The position numbers and the translations under genes are program-made. Positions 1 to 11,143 of a stretch of 64,000 bases of DNA are shown here, piece after piece; the stretch's first letter is position 1, and every line of letters starts with the position of its first letter. Source of the DNA: Lingula anatina (taxonomy: Eukaryota; Animalia; Brachiopoda); contig CM120649.1 in the NCBI GenBank assembly GCA_051362555.1, positions 18,986,567 to 19,050,566 on the forward strand, given 5' to 3'. Below the pieces are notes generated by a model. That model saw only the letters and a program-made list of their open reading frames with translations. It was not told where the DNA came from and ran no database searches.

Positions 1-2301
1 CTCTGTTAGCTGACAAACGTCCAGTGGGAAGAATTCTAACTCATTCCGGGCTAGATTTAACCTCTTCAGGTTACTAAGGTCTTTAACTTCTGGTGGAACG
101 GTTGCAATTCTGTTGTTGTTTAAATTCAAATGTTGGACAGAGCGGAGTATGGGTATATTGGTTGGGAATTTGTTAATCTTATTCCCAGAGAGGTCTAATG
201 TATGCAGTTTGCGGGAAAAGCATTCCTGCTTTAAGTCCCTTGCCCTAGAGAGATTTTCTCCGGGAGTGCTTGGGGATGAAACATGCCCTGTCACAATACT
301 GGATACTTGAGCATTCTCTGGTGGAATACCGGATACTGGAGCACTCTCTGGTGGAATACCGGATACTGGAGCAATCTCTGGTGGAATACCGGATACTGGA
401 GCCTTCTCTGGTGGAATTCCGGTGATTGGAGCATTCTCTGGTGGAATACCAGAGACTGGAGCATTCTCTGGTGGAGTACCAGAGACTGGAGCATTCTCTG
501 GTGGAATACCGGATCGGGGAGCATTCTCTGCTGGAATACTGGAGACTGCAGGATTCTCTGGTGGAATACTGGAGACTGGAACATTCTCTGGTGGAATACT
601 GGGAATTGGAGCATTTTCTGGTGGAATACTGGGGACTGGAGCATTCTCTGGTGGAATACTGGGAATTGTGTCTTCTGCTGGTGAGATATCTTTGATGTCG
701 TTGCTGCTCAAATTGAGAACTTCTAATGCCCCTATCTTACATAAGTACGGGGGCAATTCATTCAACAAATTCCACGAAAGATCAACTTTTTTTAATTTCT
801 TGTAAGAGCGTATTTCGGGAGACACGTTGGATATCTTGTTTTTCCTTAAATCCAAAATTTCCAGATTGTCCAAGACACCACCTGGTGGCGGGAAAGACCC
901 CAAAGCATTTCTGGATAGATCTAAATGTTTTAAATTTGTAAGCTTTTTAATTTCTTTTGGCACCGATTGAATACCAGTCTTCGACAGGCCAAGTTCCTGT
1001 AAATTGGTCAGCTCACACAATGGCAATGGGAATTCACAAAGCTGGTTTTGGGACATGTCTAACTCTGTTATTTTGGTCAGTTGCTTTATTTTCTTTGGTA
1101 CCTCTTTGATTTTGTTGCCCTTGATGGAAAGTCTCTCCAGAGCTGGCAAGTCACATATGGATTCAGGAAATGTTTGCAGACATGAATTGGAAACATCAAG
1201 TCGTTTTAGTCCTTTGAGGTTAATTGTCTCTGGGGGGAAGTTAACATGAGAACTGCACACATTATATAGACGGATTTTTTTGGGTGAAGGCATATCGCAT
1301 GAGGAATCTTCATCTTCAATTCCTGGTGACATATGTACTTCGAAACCACTGTTTTCTCCATCACATCCATTACTTGATGATTGATAAAAAAAGTCACCAA
1401 AGTCATTTTCGTCGTCACATCCGTTATTTGATGATTGATAAGATAAGTCACTCAAGTCGTTTTCTTCATCACATCCGTTGCTTAATGCTGGATTAGACGA
1501 GTCAGAATCAGAGTCTTCTGGTGATGAGTTGTCCGATGACTCACAATGATAACCAGACTCGGCCGTTTCCATCCCTGCTGATTCAGCACTATACAGAACT
1601 TCTTCACTGACACCAGTATCCAATTGTACCTTTGATGCATCTGAAACGAAACCACTGTGCCCTTTTCCTGACAAGTTACTATGCGATGTGCTTGCGTCTT
1701 CCCCATCATTGCGTCCTGCAGCATGATCTGTGTTTCGTTCTTCACGCTCTGTTCGGAATATAGGGGCAGGTAACAGGCCACTGGAACCGGCGTTTTCAAT
1801 TTCCACTTGTGACAGATCTATCGTATGGTACCCAAAATCTGCCGAGTGTTCCGAGTCAATGATGATGGGTGCTGTCTTCAGGGAATTTGGTGGTACGCCG
1901 ATCAGAGGATTGCCGCTGATATCCAACTCCTCTAGAGAACGCAGCGCACACACCTCTGGTGGAAGGCAGTGGAATTTGTTACCAGCAATGTTTAATTTCC
2001 TCAGGTTACTGAGAGTGCTAATCTCGTGGGGAATTTTATCGATGCCTGTTGCTTCTAGGTCCAGTTCCTCCAAGGATGTGATGGTAAAGACACTCAAGGG
2101 TACCCCACTCTCTTCAAAATCGATGCCTGTCAGCTTCAGTGTTCTTAGCCCACTGCAGTGACTGATTGAAGATGGAACAGCCGAGGAAAGATGGCTGAGA
2201 TCGAGACTGACCCAGGTTTTGACTTCATCGGGACAGGGTTCGTCGTCGCCGATAGAGGTTAGAAGGGAGAACTTCTCTGCGTCGCTTTTCTCCTCACCCA
2301 T
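1..2301 (-). CDS. Leucine-rich-repeat protein without a signal peptide; the 3' part runs off the window (intracellular LRR, possibly ROCO/MFHAS1-like)
   Basis: ATG at 2301 (MGEEKSDAEKFSLL...) opens 767 uninterrupted codons to the window edge (...FFPLDVCQLTE). Three LRR blocks of about 5, 8 and >=3 repeats (e.g. LRKLNIAGNKFHCLP, LKHLDLSRNALGSFP, LKRLNLARNELEFFP) are separated by an acidic Ser-rich linker and a Pro-rich repeat. A splice acceptor (ttttcag) lies at 2346-2352. The ORF is absent from the track, probably because no stop codon falls inside the window. Confidence 0.93.
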   Translation of the reverse strand, partial: MGEEKSDAEKFSLLTSIGDDEPCPDEVKTWVSLDLSHLSSAVPSSISHCSGLRTLKLTGIDFEESGVPLSVFTITSLEELDLEATGIDKIPHEISTLSNLRKLNIAGNKFHCLPPEVCALRSLEELDISGNPLIGVPPNSLKTAPIIIDSEHSADFGYHTIDLSQVEIENAGSSGLLPAPIFRTEREERNTDHAAGRNDGEDASTSHSNLSGKGHSGFVSDASKVQLDTGVSEEVLYSAESAGMETAESGYHCESSDNSSPEDSDSDSSNPALSNGCDEENDLSDLSYQSSNNGCDDENDFGDFFYQSSSNGCDGENSGFEVHMSPGIEDEDSSCDMPSPKKIRLYNVCSSHVNFPPETINLKGLKRLDVSNSCLQTFPESICDLPALERLSIKGNKIKEVPKKIKQLTKITELDMSQNQLCEFPLPLCELTNLQELGLSKTGIQSVPKEIKKLTNLKHLDLSRNALGSFPPPGGVLDNLEILDLRKNKISNVSPEIRSYKKLKKVDLSWNLLNELPPYLCKIGALEVLNLSSNDIKDISPAEDTIPSIPPENAPVPSIPPENAPIPSIPPENVPVSSIPPENPAVSSIPAENAPRSGIPPENAPVSGTPPENAPVSGIPPENAPITGIPPEKAPVSGIPPEIAPVSGIPPESAPVSGIPPENAQVSSIVTGHVSSPSTPGENLSRARDLKQECFSRKLHTLDLSGNKINKFPTNIPILRSVQHLNLNNNRIATVPPEVKDLSNLKRLNLARNELEFFPLDVCQLTE
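301..660 (-). repeat. Coding minisatellite, 12 x 30 bp, encoding (S/G)IPPENAPV(S/P)
   Basis: Plus-strand units resembling ggatactggagcattctctggtggaatacc repeat every 30 nt from 301 to 660, in frame in the LRR gene. Confidence 0.97.
1345..1495 (-). repeat. Coding repeat, about 3 x 54 bp (YQSSNNGCDDENDFGDFF-like)
   Basis: The LRR linker translates as SNGCDEENDLSDLS-YQSSNNGCDDENDFGDFF-YQSSSNGCDGENSG. Confidence 0.85.
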
Positions 2302-3137
2302 GGTGCTGCTGTGTTTGGACGTGTAGACGATATGCTTATGCTTTGCTGAAAAGTATATATATATTTGAGATTATGCTGTGATCACATTGGGGTCTCTTTT
2401 CTTTTATAACGCCCTTATTACTAGTACTTTCCTAAAAACATATATTCAGGATATCTGTCTACCTTACAATCCAAGTAAATACCGAAAATGCACACGTAGA
2501 TTAAATTTGCAACAAATTAACATTGTAAACCACAAAAGTGTTGACAAAATTACACCTCTCTTTTGAGATTTTAGTTTCTGTTTTAGAATAATCTGAAGTC
2601 TATATGCATGTTCACTGGAAACTAAGCATTCCACATTTCTAAAAAATCTCAACAGAATACCATGAACAATGTGACGAACTAAAAGAAGGTCAAGATTATA
2701 GGATTGCGGAACATGCATTTGGATGAATATAAGAAGAATGTGAAAGATATTTCTCTCAAAGCATAAGACTGTTCAGACGTCTTGATGGTTTAGCCATTTT
2801 CTGTGAGGACAGTTTACCACCGTTACAACTAAAGAAAACTGAAATACCCAAATTAATGGAGAGAGAAAATACTGGCCAGAATTTAACAAAGGGATCATTT
2901 TAATACAAAATCTGCCTGTACGGTATTCTGCTGCAGCACAACAGGAAGATGTAAAATCTATGCATCGATTAGAATTGAGTGCTGAAAATTTAATTATTTA
3001 TGGGTTGAAAACTTAAGACACGTGTTGTTTAAAAAGCTTACACAGTACTGCTTAAACAGATCAGCAACCAACGTTGCCTTTGCCATAGCTTTCAACATAC
3101 TGTTTTTTTTTTGTCTTAGGGCGTACTGGGTGTGCAG

Positions 3138-3264
3138 GTCTTAACACGCCGCGTCTGCCACCTTTAGAACCTTGACCCTCTGGGTGTCACCTACCAGTGG
3201 GTCTTAACAAACTGCACCTGTCACCTTAAGTACCTTGTCTCTGTGGTTGTCACCCTCCTACGGG
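3138..3264. repeat. Diverged 63-bp direct tandem repeat (2 copies)
   Basis: gtcttaacacgccgcgtctgccacctttagaaccttgaccctctgggtgtcacc at 3138 versus gtcttaacaaactgcacctgtcaccttaagtaccttgtctctgtggttgtcacc at 3201. Confidence 0.7.
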
Positions 3265-3603
3265 GTTTTTAATACCGCGCTTGATTTCTCAAATGCCTCT
3301 ACTGATAGGTGGTTCAAACAAAACAAGATTTGGTATAGGGGGCTTACTATCAGAAAAAACTACCGAAATCTGATTAAGAAAATGTACTTGTACACATTTG
3401 TTTGACGGGGTATTGAAATCATAGGAAATAATCCACGCTAGCATCAGTGCCTTTTACATTATTGATTTAAAACCCGTTAAATACACCTTACCTAATATTA
3501 CAGCTTTAAGCCCGTGTAAATAACCCGCATATCCATAGCAGATCTTGGAACAGTATGTAGAAAATGACATAATGCAACGTAATCATTTTAGAGTGAATAT
3601 GAT

Positions 3604-3659
<56 letters not shown>

Positions 3660-3772
3660 ATTGGCTTCCTGTTATAACGCGATTTTCATCGCCAAAAGGC
3701 TACTTCTTGTAGTCACCAATCATTGCTCGACTCAATGTTATATTGCATTACTAATAAAATTAGTTCTTAAAG

Positions 3773-4299
3773 ACAAAGACTTTGACATGGAAATCACCAA
3801 AAAAGAGTACGTTGATGCTGTCGTCGACAGAATATACCGTTACATGGACAAGGAAAGGGCAAATATTTTTGCACCAATGTGGACATGTACATGGCAGCAT
3901 TTTTGGTATAATAGGGGCCCCAGAGGTCGTAAAACCTTTGACGACATGATAAAAGACCATCGTCACATCCTTACCAGCCCCCACTACATGGAGAGCGCCA
4001 AAAAATGGATCAACGTCTTTTTTGACACAGTTCTTGCTCGTGGGAAAGAGACGATCTCCTTAGACGAGTACAGTGTGTTTCTGAAATGCTTAGGTGTTCA
4101 CCCTTTGTCGGCCAAATCCGCCTTTCACTCGCTTAACACTGACAGCAACAGTTTGATCAGTAAAAAGGAGTTTTTGAATGCTAATAGGTTGTTTTGGACT
4201 GCGCCTAATTCTACAGAGGGTGATCATTTCTGGGGCCCAATGTTGGCTTGGAGCGCATTCACTGGTAAATGCACTTATCATTTGTTTATTTCCTCATAG
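3773..4299 (+). CDS. Sarcoplasmic calcium-binding protein (SCP/calexcitin/aequorin superfamily) EF-hand protein, main exon; degenerate and possibly a pseudogene
   Basis: EF-hand loop DKDFDMEITKKE; degenerate loops LARGKETISLDE and NTDSNSLISKKE; SCP-like hallmarks FFDTV, YSVFLKCLGV...AKSAFHSL and C-terminal FWGPM (annelid SCP ends FWGPLV). Likely acceptor ttcttaaag ends at 3772. A candidate upstream exon ASTDRWFKQNKIWYRGL (3295-3345) lacks an in-frame ATG and a GT donor. Confidence 0.75.
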
Positions 4300-5784
4300 A
4301 ATCCTTGTTTATCAATCATCTTTGGAGTGATCCCCTCCAAGTTTATTTGTGGAACTCAAAGATTGACAAATTATTTGATATGGCATTCTAGCCAACATTC
4401 TTATACCCACTGGCACTTATTAATTGGATAAAAAGAATTGATCCTACAAACAAAAATGATAAATTATTGTCAATAAAGTTTTGAACCTTAATACGAATAT
4501 TTGAATAAATGTTTAAGCGACTGTCAAAATCAGTTGTTATTTTCATGAAAAATAATCTTATGGTCAAGGAAGATAAAATAAAACAAAACAATGAGGCTTG
4601 GGCACACCAGTTTGGTAAAATAACACTTTTAAAATGGGTAGAACGGTAGTTTATATTATCTCTTTTGCAGGAACTTCTGAAAAGACACGCATGATCAACG
4701 TTCTTCATCCAAGAAGAAATAACTAAGCGATACGGGCTAACCTTCTAGAATATTTCGGTATGGTGAGCAATAATAAATAATACTTGGGTACGCTTGGTAC
4801 AAACAGAATAACACCCTAAGTATATTTGTATATTATTAAAAAGTGAAAAATATTTTTTATAAATTACCCAGTAAAGACGTTTCGTATATTGTGGTGTTGA
4901 CGTTTGTGTGAGTTTTTATTTTGCAATCAAATGTCAAGTATGTAGATTTTACTTAGGTGGATGCAGGCATTGTATCTCTTTCACCCTACCTGCGGTGTAT
5001 GATTTCTCAAAATTAGGTTTGTTTATCGACGCCTGGTTTGTCAATAACTGATTACGATATACTGTTCAACCGATAACAATAACAACGCTAGCAGCTAAAA
5101 TGCAGAAAATAGGTCAGCATTTAGACCAGAATCTTTGATATTCCAGTACCCGTGTCCCTCTAGATATATGTTCTGTTACGTGTCTCCTGAAGGCTGTATT
5201 TTACTCCCGTACATATCACACATAGCATTTGTGAATGCCTATGGATTGAGGTACACTTCCAACAAGCTTGACAAACCATGTCCCCACCTGTCCTGCACAG
5301 CCTGGCATTATTAGTCCCTACATTTATATTGCTGATTACAAGGAGTTCTAAGAAAAGAGCGCTTTTAGCTAGAATCCCTAAAGAAAGTAAGACACGGTAT
5401 TGGGGCGTGTCACTCCTCTCCTGGCCATATAAAGTTCTAAACTGAATGTATGTATTTAAGACAGAAAAAATACCCTAAACTGCACACGGTGACTAATATA
5501 AATAATAAAAATGTAAAAGTAAAAGCACTGCACAGCTGGTTTCGATTACTTTTTAGAAACTGATATCTTGAGTGTTTAAAAATTGATAGGCCTGGCAGCT
5601 ACTTAGTGCGTCGTACAGCTAGTATGGTAAACGTAGAACGAGATCAACTTGTTAAGTTATTGTTTATTTCTACCCGTATGACCTCCAGCATTCACACTTA
5701 CCACAAGTAAACATCTTTTTTAAAAATAGGTAGTGCGTCGTGTACATTTTACTTCATAAGTTATACGTGAATAAGGAAAAGGCA

Positions 5785-5787
<3 letters not shown>

Positions 5788-5847
<60 letters not shown>
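5788..5847. repeat. Compound (CT)n(CA)n microsatellite, representative of many simple repeats
   Basis: Directly visible. Others: polyT 3605-3657; (CT)n 8097-8128, 43300-43342, 53018-53070; (TTTA)n 36881-36940; polyG 52857-52897; (GA)n 58180-58223; (TA)n 62477-62538. Confidence 0.95.
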
Positions 5848-5851
<4 letters not shown>

Positions 5852-5964
5852 AGCCTACAGTGGGCTTTTGTTGTGCATAAACGCGCTCGCATGAGCGTGC
5901 GTGCGCTCATATGACCACAATATCCGCCATGCTAGTTATTAACACTCCGACAAGATATACACCC

Positions 5965-6501
5965 CTTTCGGTTTTTCAAAGTGACATACGGTATTCGTGT
6001 ATCCAGGTATTTCCTTACTTTCACTTTCGAATTTCAAACAACGGTATATAATCTGCTCACAGAGACAAACCATTTTGTGTCGTCAAGTTTAGTGCTGGTT
6101 CTTCACATAATCATACAGATGGGACCTTAAAACTATTCCTTCCGCTAGTCCTGTAATTTATGCTAATATACCGTTTCTGTTATGTAGAATAACGCCAGCA
6201 TATCTTACCTGATTCACGGACTTGCAACCCTGAACCTGCAGCAACCGCCCTAGTAACGTGGTGATAAAGCCCCGCCTCGTTTTAGAAAGGACGCCGGATG
6301 TCACTTTAACTTTACCGGCTTTTTATAAATTTTTAACTATCACCAAAACAAATAATGCCAGAAACAAAACATCTTTAATTTCAAAGCATGACGATAGATA
6401 CATTGCCTTGTTATCAAGTATCTATTTCTCGCGTGCACGAACTTGAACGAGTGCACCTTAACACGGAAGTAGTTTTATGTGGGAAATACCAGGTTTCGTT
6501 C
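5965..6501. promoter_or_regulatory. Cluster of IRF/ISRE-like and NF-kB-like motifs between the divergent LRR and cystine-knot genes
   Basis: actttcactttc at 6017-6028 (GAAAGTGAAAGT on minus); ctttcggtttttc at 5965-5977; ggtatttcc at 6006-6014; gggaaatacc at 6481-6490 followed by ggtttcgttc at 6492-6501. Motif matches only. Confidence 0.4.
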
Positions 6502-8093
6502 ACTAACGCCATCTACTGGTAGAAGGAAAAATTGATCTGTATACCGTAGTGGTGTGGATTACTACTATATACATAAGAACATGCTCTGAAATTCGCCTTC
6601 ATCATTAAGTTCTGTGTGCCTGTATATGGTGTCACCACAAATGGAAGGCAAGATTTTTCCCGCGTGTAAGAAGAGACAGTGGAGTGGCTTGCACAAGCCT
6701 TCTCCAGCTTGTGTGTGTGTGCGTGCGTGTGTGTGCGTGTGCGTGTGTGAGTGAGTGCGTGCGGGCGTTTTAACACGGTCATCTCTTGTCTTAATTATTA
6801 AAGAAATCAAGGAGACACAGGTTTGACGTATTTCAAGCTGACTTTACTTTTAAGCATTATATGCAATTGCACACGTGGCTGTTTATGTGGACTTGCCACA
6901 GAAAAGTTGTCCATATATATGTTAGATTCTTTCTAAACCTAGATAAAAAGAAACAAGCACACGTGCTTAGGCACATTCACACGAGTTCTAGCGTGCGTTT
7001 CAAGTTTACTTCAACAAGAAATAAAGTCATAAAAAAGCCTTAAGAAGTATATTGTGTGATCAAAAATTGTGATAACTTTAAAAAAGTATAAAGTATGTAT
7101 TTTCTAATCGTAATGGATACTTTTACTGATTTATTTATTTATTTGTTTGTTTGTTTATTTATTTGTTTGTTTGTGTGTTTGATTTATTTTATCATCACTT
7201 CACAAAATTACAAAGTAATTATTTCATCATAAATAAACTCCGCCCCCCAACTGTTTTATGTCTAAAGGTATGCACAAGTGCATACACAAAATGAAACGCC
7301 ACTTCCAAGCAGCCCATCTCCCGTGCGTTAACCTCCCAACATAGACAACACATTATCCTAATTCAATGTTTGTTCTATGGGCGGCTTGGATAGAATGGCA
7401 TTTTTTCTGAATGCTTGAAGGTAATTACTGACAAATACGTCCCGTGTGGTCGGGTGTGATATTTATGTTATTTACAAGAAGGGCTGAGGGGGGGGGGGGG
7501 GGGGCTGTTGGACAGAAATGCCCATATGTACAAAGGTTCCCTTTCTTTACAATTACAGATACCTGTGCCGAAGGACCTTAAAAAGATGCATTTAAAAACG
7601 GAGACGCATTTATTCTAAGTTATTGTAATGTTTATGTCTATCAATTACGTCATTGCCCATTTTTAATGTTTATTTGAAGTAAAAGAACCAGTGGGTGAGG
7701 GATCACCCAAGTCGCGCGCCTTTCTTTGGTTAAACAAAAACTAAACATACACAACACACCTTTTAACGGGAACGATTACACAACCACATCATCTACATTA
7801 AATACTACTTCAATGTCACTTGTTAATGGCTGTTTTATCTATTAAGAGGCATTTTTCATTCTAACTTCAAGTTCAATTAAGGAATTAACAATGGAATAAC
7901 ATAAATCCCAAACACCATGCATTAACAGGTGTCAGGAGAGAAGGAATATCTCCACACAGGGAGTGTGAGCGTGTTTAGGAGGAGGTGGTGTGTCCAAGGC
8001 TCTCCAGACAGACTTTCACGATCTGAGGTTCAAGTTTTATTTCGTTCAAGACACGCGTGCATTTGACTAACTCAGGAGGGGTTTGGATTACGG

Positions 8094-8132
<39 letters not shown>

Positions 8133-8372
8133 ACCATATACATACACGACGATGAGTATCCAATATATGACCATTTTAAGTCCGTCTGCAAATGAATCCC
8201 AGAACGATCAGAACCTAATTTGAGATAAAATCTGAACCAGTGCGTTTCACTGAGGTATTCAAACATACAGCTCTATATCTAGCACCTGCGATGACATGTA
8301 CTTTAGAAATATTGTCTGTATTCCAGGTGACTGGTTTCAGCAGGTAGAGACGGATACTATACATTGCACACA

Positions 8373-9301
8373 ATGAATATGCCCTTATTTTACGTCACAT
8401 TGTTGCTGACTATACTCGTCAGCATGTCGGAAGCCGATCGTCAGCACATACCGGATGCTGACACCAACGACGACGAAGACGCCGAAACCGTTATTACAGT
8501 ACCGACCCCGTTCCCCGGTACCAGCACCGTCAAGGTACCCAAAACAACGGAAAAGGGGACACGGAGACTGAAGCTGACTTTCCCTTCAACGCCTAACCGT
8601 CTATGCCCAGGGTAAGACGACAGCTTTCAGTGTACCTAAAACATTAGATGCGATCTTTCGAATGCTTGCAACCGAAAAAATACAGCGCATCAGGAAACCT
8701 CAGCGACCACTGCGGTGTATATAGACAGTCTCTCTTTTAGATGTAATGAAAGTTACATTTCTTTAATGTTAATAGTCACAGGGTATTTAAGTGTTCTTAA
8801 AGTAGATTGGAACGCATAAAGTATCCATATAAACTTGATTTGAATTGTATAGATATCACAAACATTTATAATGGATCGTATTGTGTTGTGATTTCAGAGT
8901 GCCACTGACGCAAAGAATCGTAGAATTACGAAATGTCACAGTGGGAAACACCACCATCACAATGGAGCCTGCTGCGATCAACGGAGAAATCACAGCCTTC
9001 CCCAGTGAAATATGCGCGTAGGTTTATGTAAAAATGTTCCACCATTCGTGGTTCCATGCGTATTTAAAGTTAAGGAGAAATAAAAGTGAAGTTACATTAT
9101 TCTAGTATAAATAATCTCAGCACGTAGATTCTATCTGATTATTTTTAAATTTTTTCAACCTTCACATAGATATATATTAGATATATACCTGATAGCGTAT
9201 TATCCTGCAAGTTTACGTGGATCTGGTAATTTCAGATGGAGGATTCAGAAACACTATGGAGACAGCGTCAACATTAAAGGCATTGGTATCTATGAAAAAT
9301 G
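8373..9301 (+). CDS. Secreted cystine-knot (Spaetzle/neurotrophin-like) protein, 5' cassette A (3 coding exons, no terminal exon of its own found)
   Basis: Exons 8373-8611, 8898-9017 and 9236-9301, all GT-AG with phase-2 introns. Signal peptide MNMPLFYVTLLLTILVSMSEA, then ...RRLKLTFPSTPNRLCPG-VPLTQRIVELRNVTV...FPSEICA-WRIQKHYGDSVNIKGIGIYEK. The donor at 9302 is phase-compatible with exon 13369-13555, giving a 203-aa product. Confidence 0.8.
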
Positions 9302-10879
9302 GTGAGTTGCATTCTCAAAACCCATTGGACTATCTTGTGGGGTAGAAATAAAAGCCAAATAAAATATGTCTAAACATACGTGTACACGGAAGCAAAGCCA
9401 GTAAGTTCACCATCTGCACCAAGAACACTTATTACACTTTCCTCTAAATTTTAAAATTCCAGAGACTTGGAAACTTTTTTAAAAAATTGTGCTTAAAATT
9501 CAAAAATGAATTCCATGTATATACATACAATGTTTTGTAGGTTTGAGATTTTCGCAACAAAATCATATTTTAGAATCAGAATTCTACAAAATATTTTTAA
9601 ATATAAAAAAATATTTTATTTTTAAAACAATATTTTATTTAAACACATCAGAGCGGGCTTTTTGGAGGATAACTGTACTCTTAACATGTTTACCCTCTTT
9701 AAATAAAGAATTTAATCTTTATTTCTATTTTAAAGAAACAAAATACAGGCCATCCATTATCATTTAATTAACCCTACTAAGGGGAAATGAGCACTTAGCC
9801 ACCCCACGTTTATGGGCTAAAAAGTCATGCGTAGAAAGTATAATGTAACGGTTATTGCCACTACATCCGATCCGCTTCTAAGGACGGAAAGTTGACTGAT
9901 ATCTCAATTGTAGTGTTTTTAAACACTTCATCAGTGCAATTAAAACTTCATCATCAGATACGCCATATTACAATACTTTACAGAAAATCTACATGTTAAG
10001 TGTGTCGACGCGGTGACAATTTTGCAAATGTGGATAAATTCAACCATTTATGACCAATTACATGGACATACTGTATTTCCAAATTAGGCTTAAAATAAAA
10101 TGCATGGAGTCATTGGACTATGGACCTGCAAGAAGTGTATATATTATCATGAGTGCAATTTACCGTAGCATAACATTATAGTTTACAAAGTAACACGTGA
10201 CATCGGGCAAACTACATGTACGTCCTGTAGCTTTATAAAGTGAAGTGCAAAGTTACTCTAGGCAAGCGCCTTAGCACCACCTGAAAAGAGAATGTTTCAT
10301 TTCCACAAATAAACGCATTAAAGGACTGTTTTGAGTCTATGTCTAGACGTTACAAACGTGCGCAGGAGACGAAATAAATTGTCTATCACACACACACAGA
10401 CACACACACTTTAAAAAAACGACGGTCAAATTCGTTTAGTGTCCAGACCGAAGCACAACAATATTTGCGGACATGAACCGCCTAACTACCCGACACCGAC
10501 CACTTACAGGTACCCACATCGTTAATCGTAAACTATTGCGAAAGTTAAGTTTAATTCTGAAATAGTTCCTCATTTGATATGCAACGGCACCCGAGAAGTG
10601 TGTCGGTATGGGTGGAATGTTCAGATGACGTATATCGTATCGTATCCAAAGTGTTCCGGAGACAGGAGAGAGAAGGGAGCTGGGACGTATTTTTGAAGAC
10701 TGTGGTGACATGTAAGGCTCACTATATGCTTATATTCAGATAGTTTTCAAGGTCGGATATTTACGGATTACGTTTGAAGAAGACACGTGCCTTTATACAA
10801 CCGTACATTTGTCCTGAGTATAACTGAAAAGTCTTGAATTACGGTAAGCTTCTCCTCTTTTTAATCTCTTTCTCTCTCT

Positions 10880-10913
<34 letters not shown>

Positions 10914-11143
10914 CACAACAGTGGCATTGATTAAAACAGAAGAATATGGTCAACGGTCATCGAAGAAGTCTTTGGCAAATTTGGTTCCATTTCTTTTCAG
11001 TACAGAATAAACATATTATCCTTCTTCAAAACAACATCCACATTTTTTATCTCTCTATACGTACGTTGTCTAACTACATTACATATTTGTTTTGTTATAT
11101 AACAGCCGTAGGGCAAGATATCCAAGTGCCTCATACTGTCGCT

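Noticed and set aside
283-805. Trp-rich (WWNTG)n, (GAFSGGI)n and (PVFHQRM)n repeat ORFs; superficially CRISPR-like periodicity
   Set aside because: These are alternative-frame readings of the 30-bp coding repeat in the minus-strand LRR gene. The units are contiguous with no unique spacers, and the context is eukaryotic.
3661-3772. N-terminal extension of the 212-aa ORF
   Set aside because: It starts at TTG right after a polyT tract and has no SCP similarity before the EF loop; most likely intron.
10111-10150. Possible remnant of a terminal exon for cassette A (agaagtgtat shared with exon 4)
   Set aside because: Only about 10 nt match, with no acceptor and no downstream Cys pattern.
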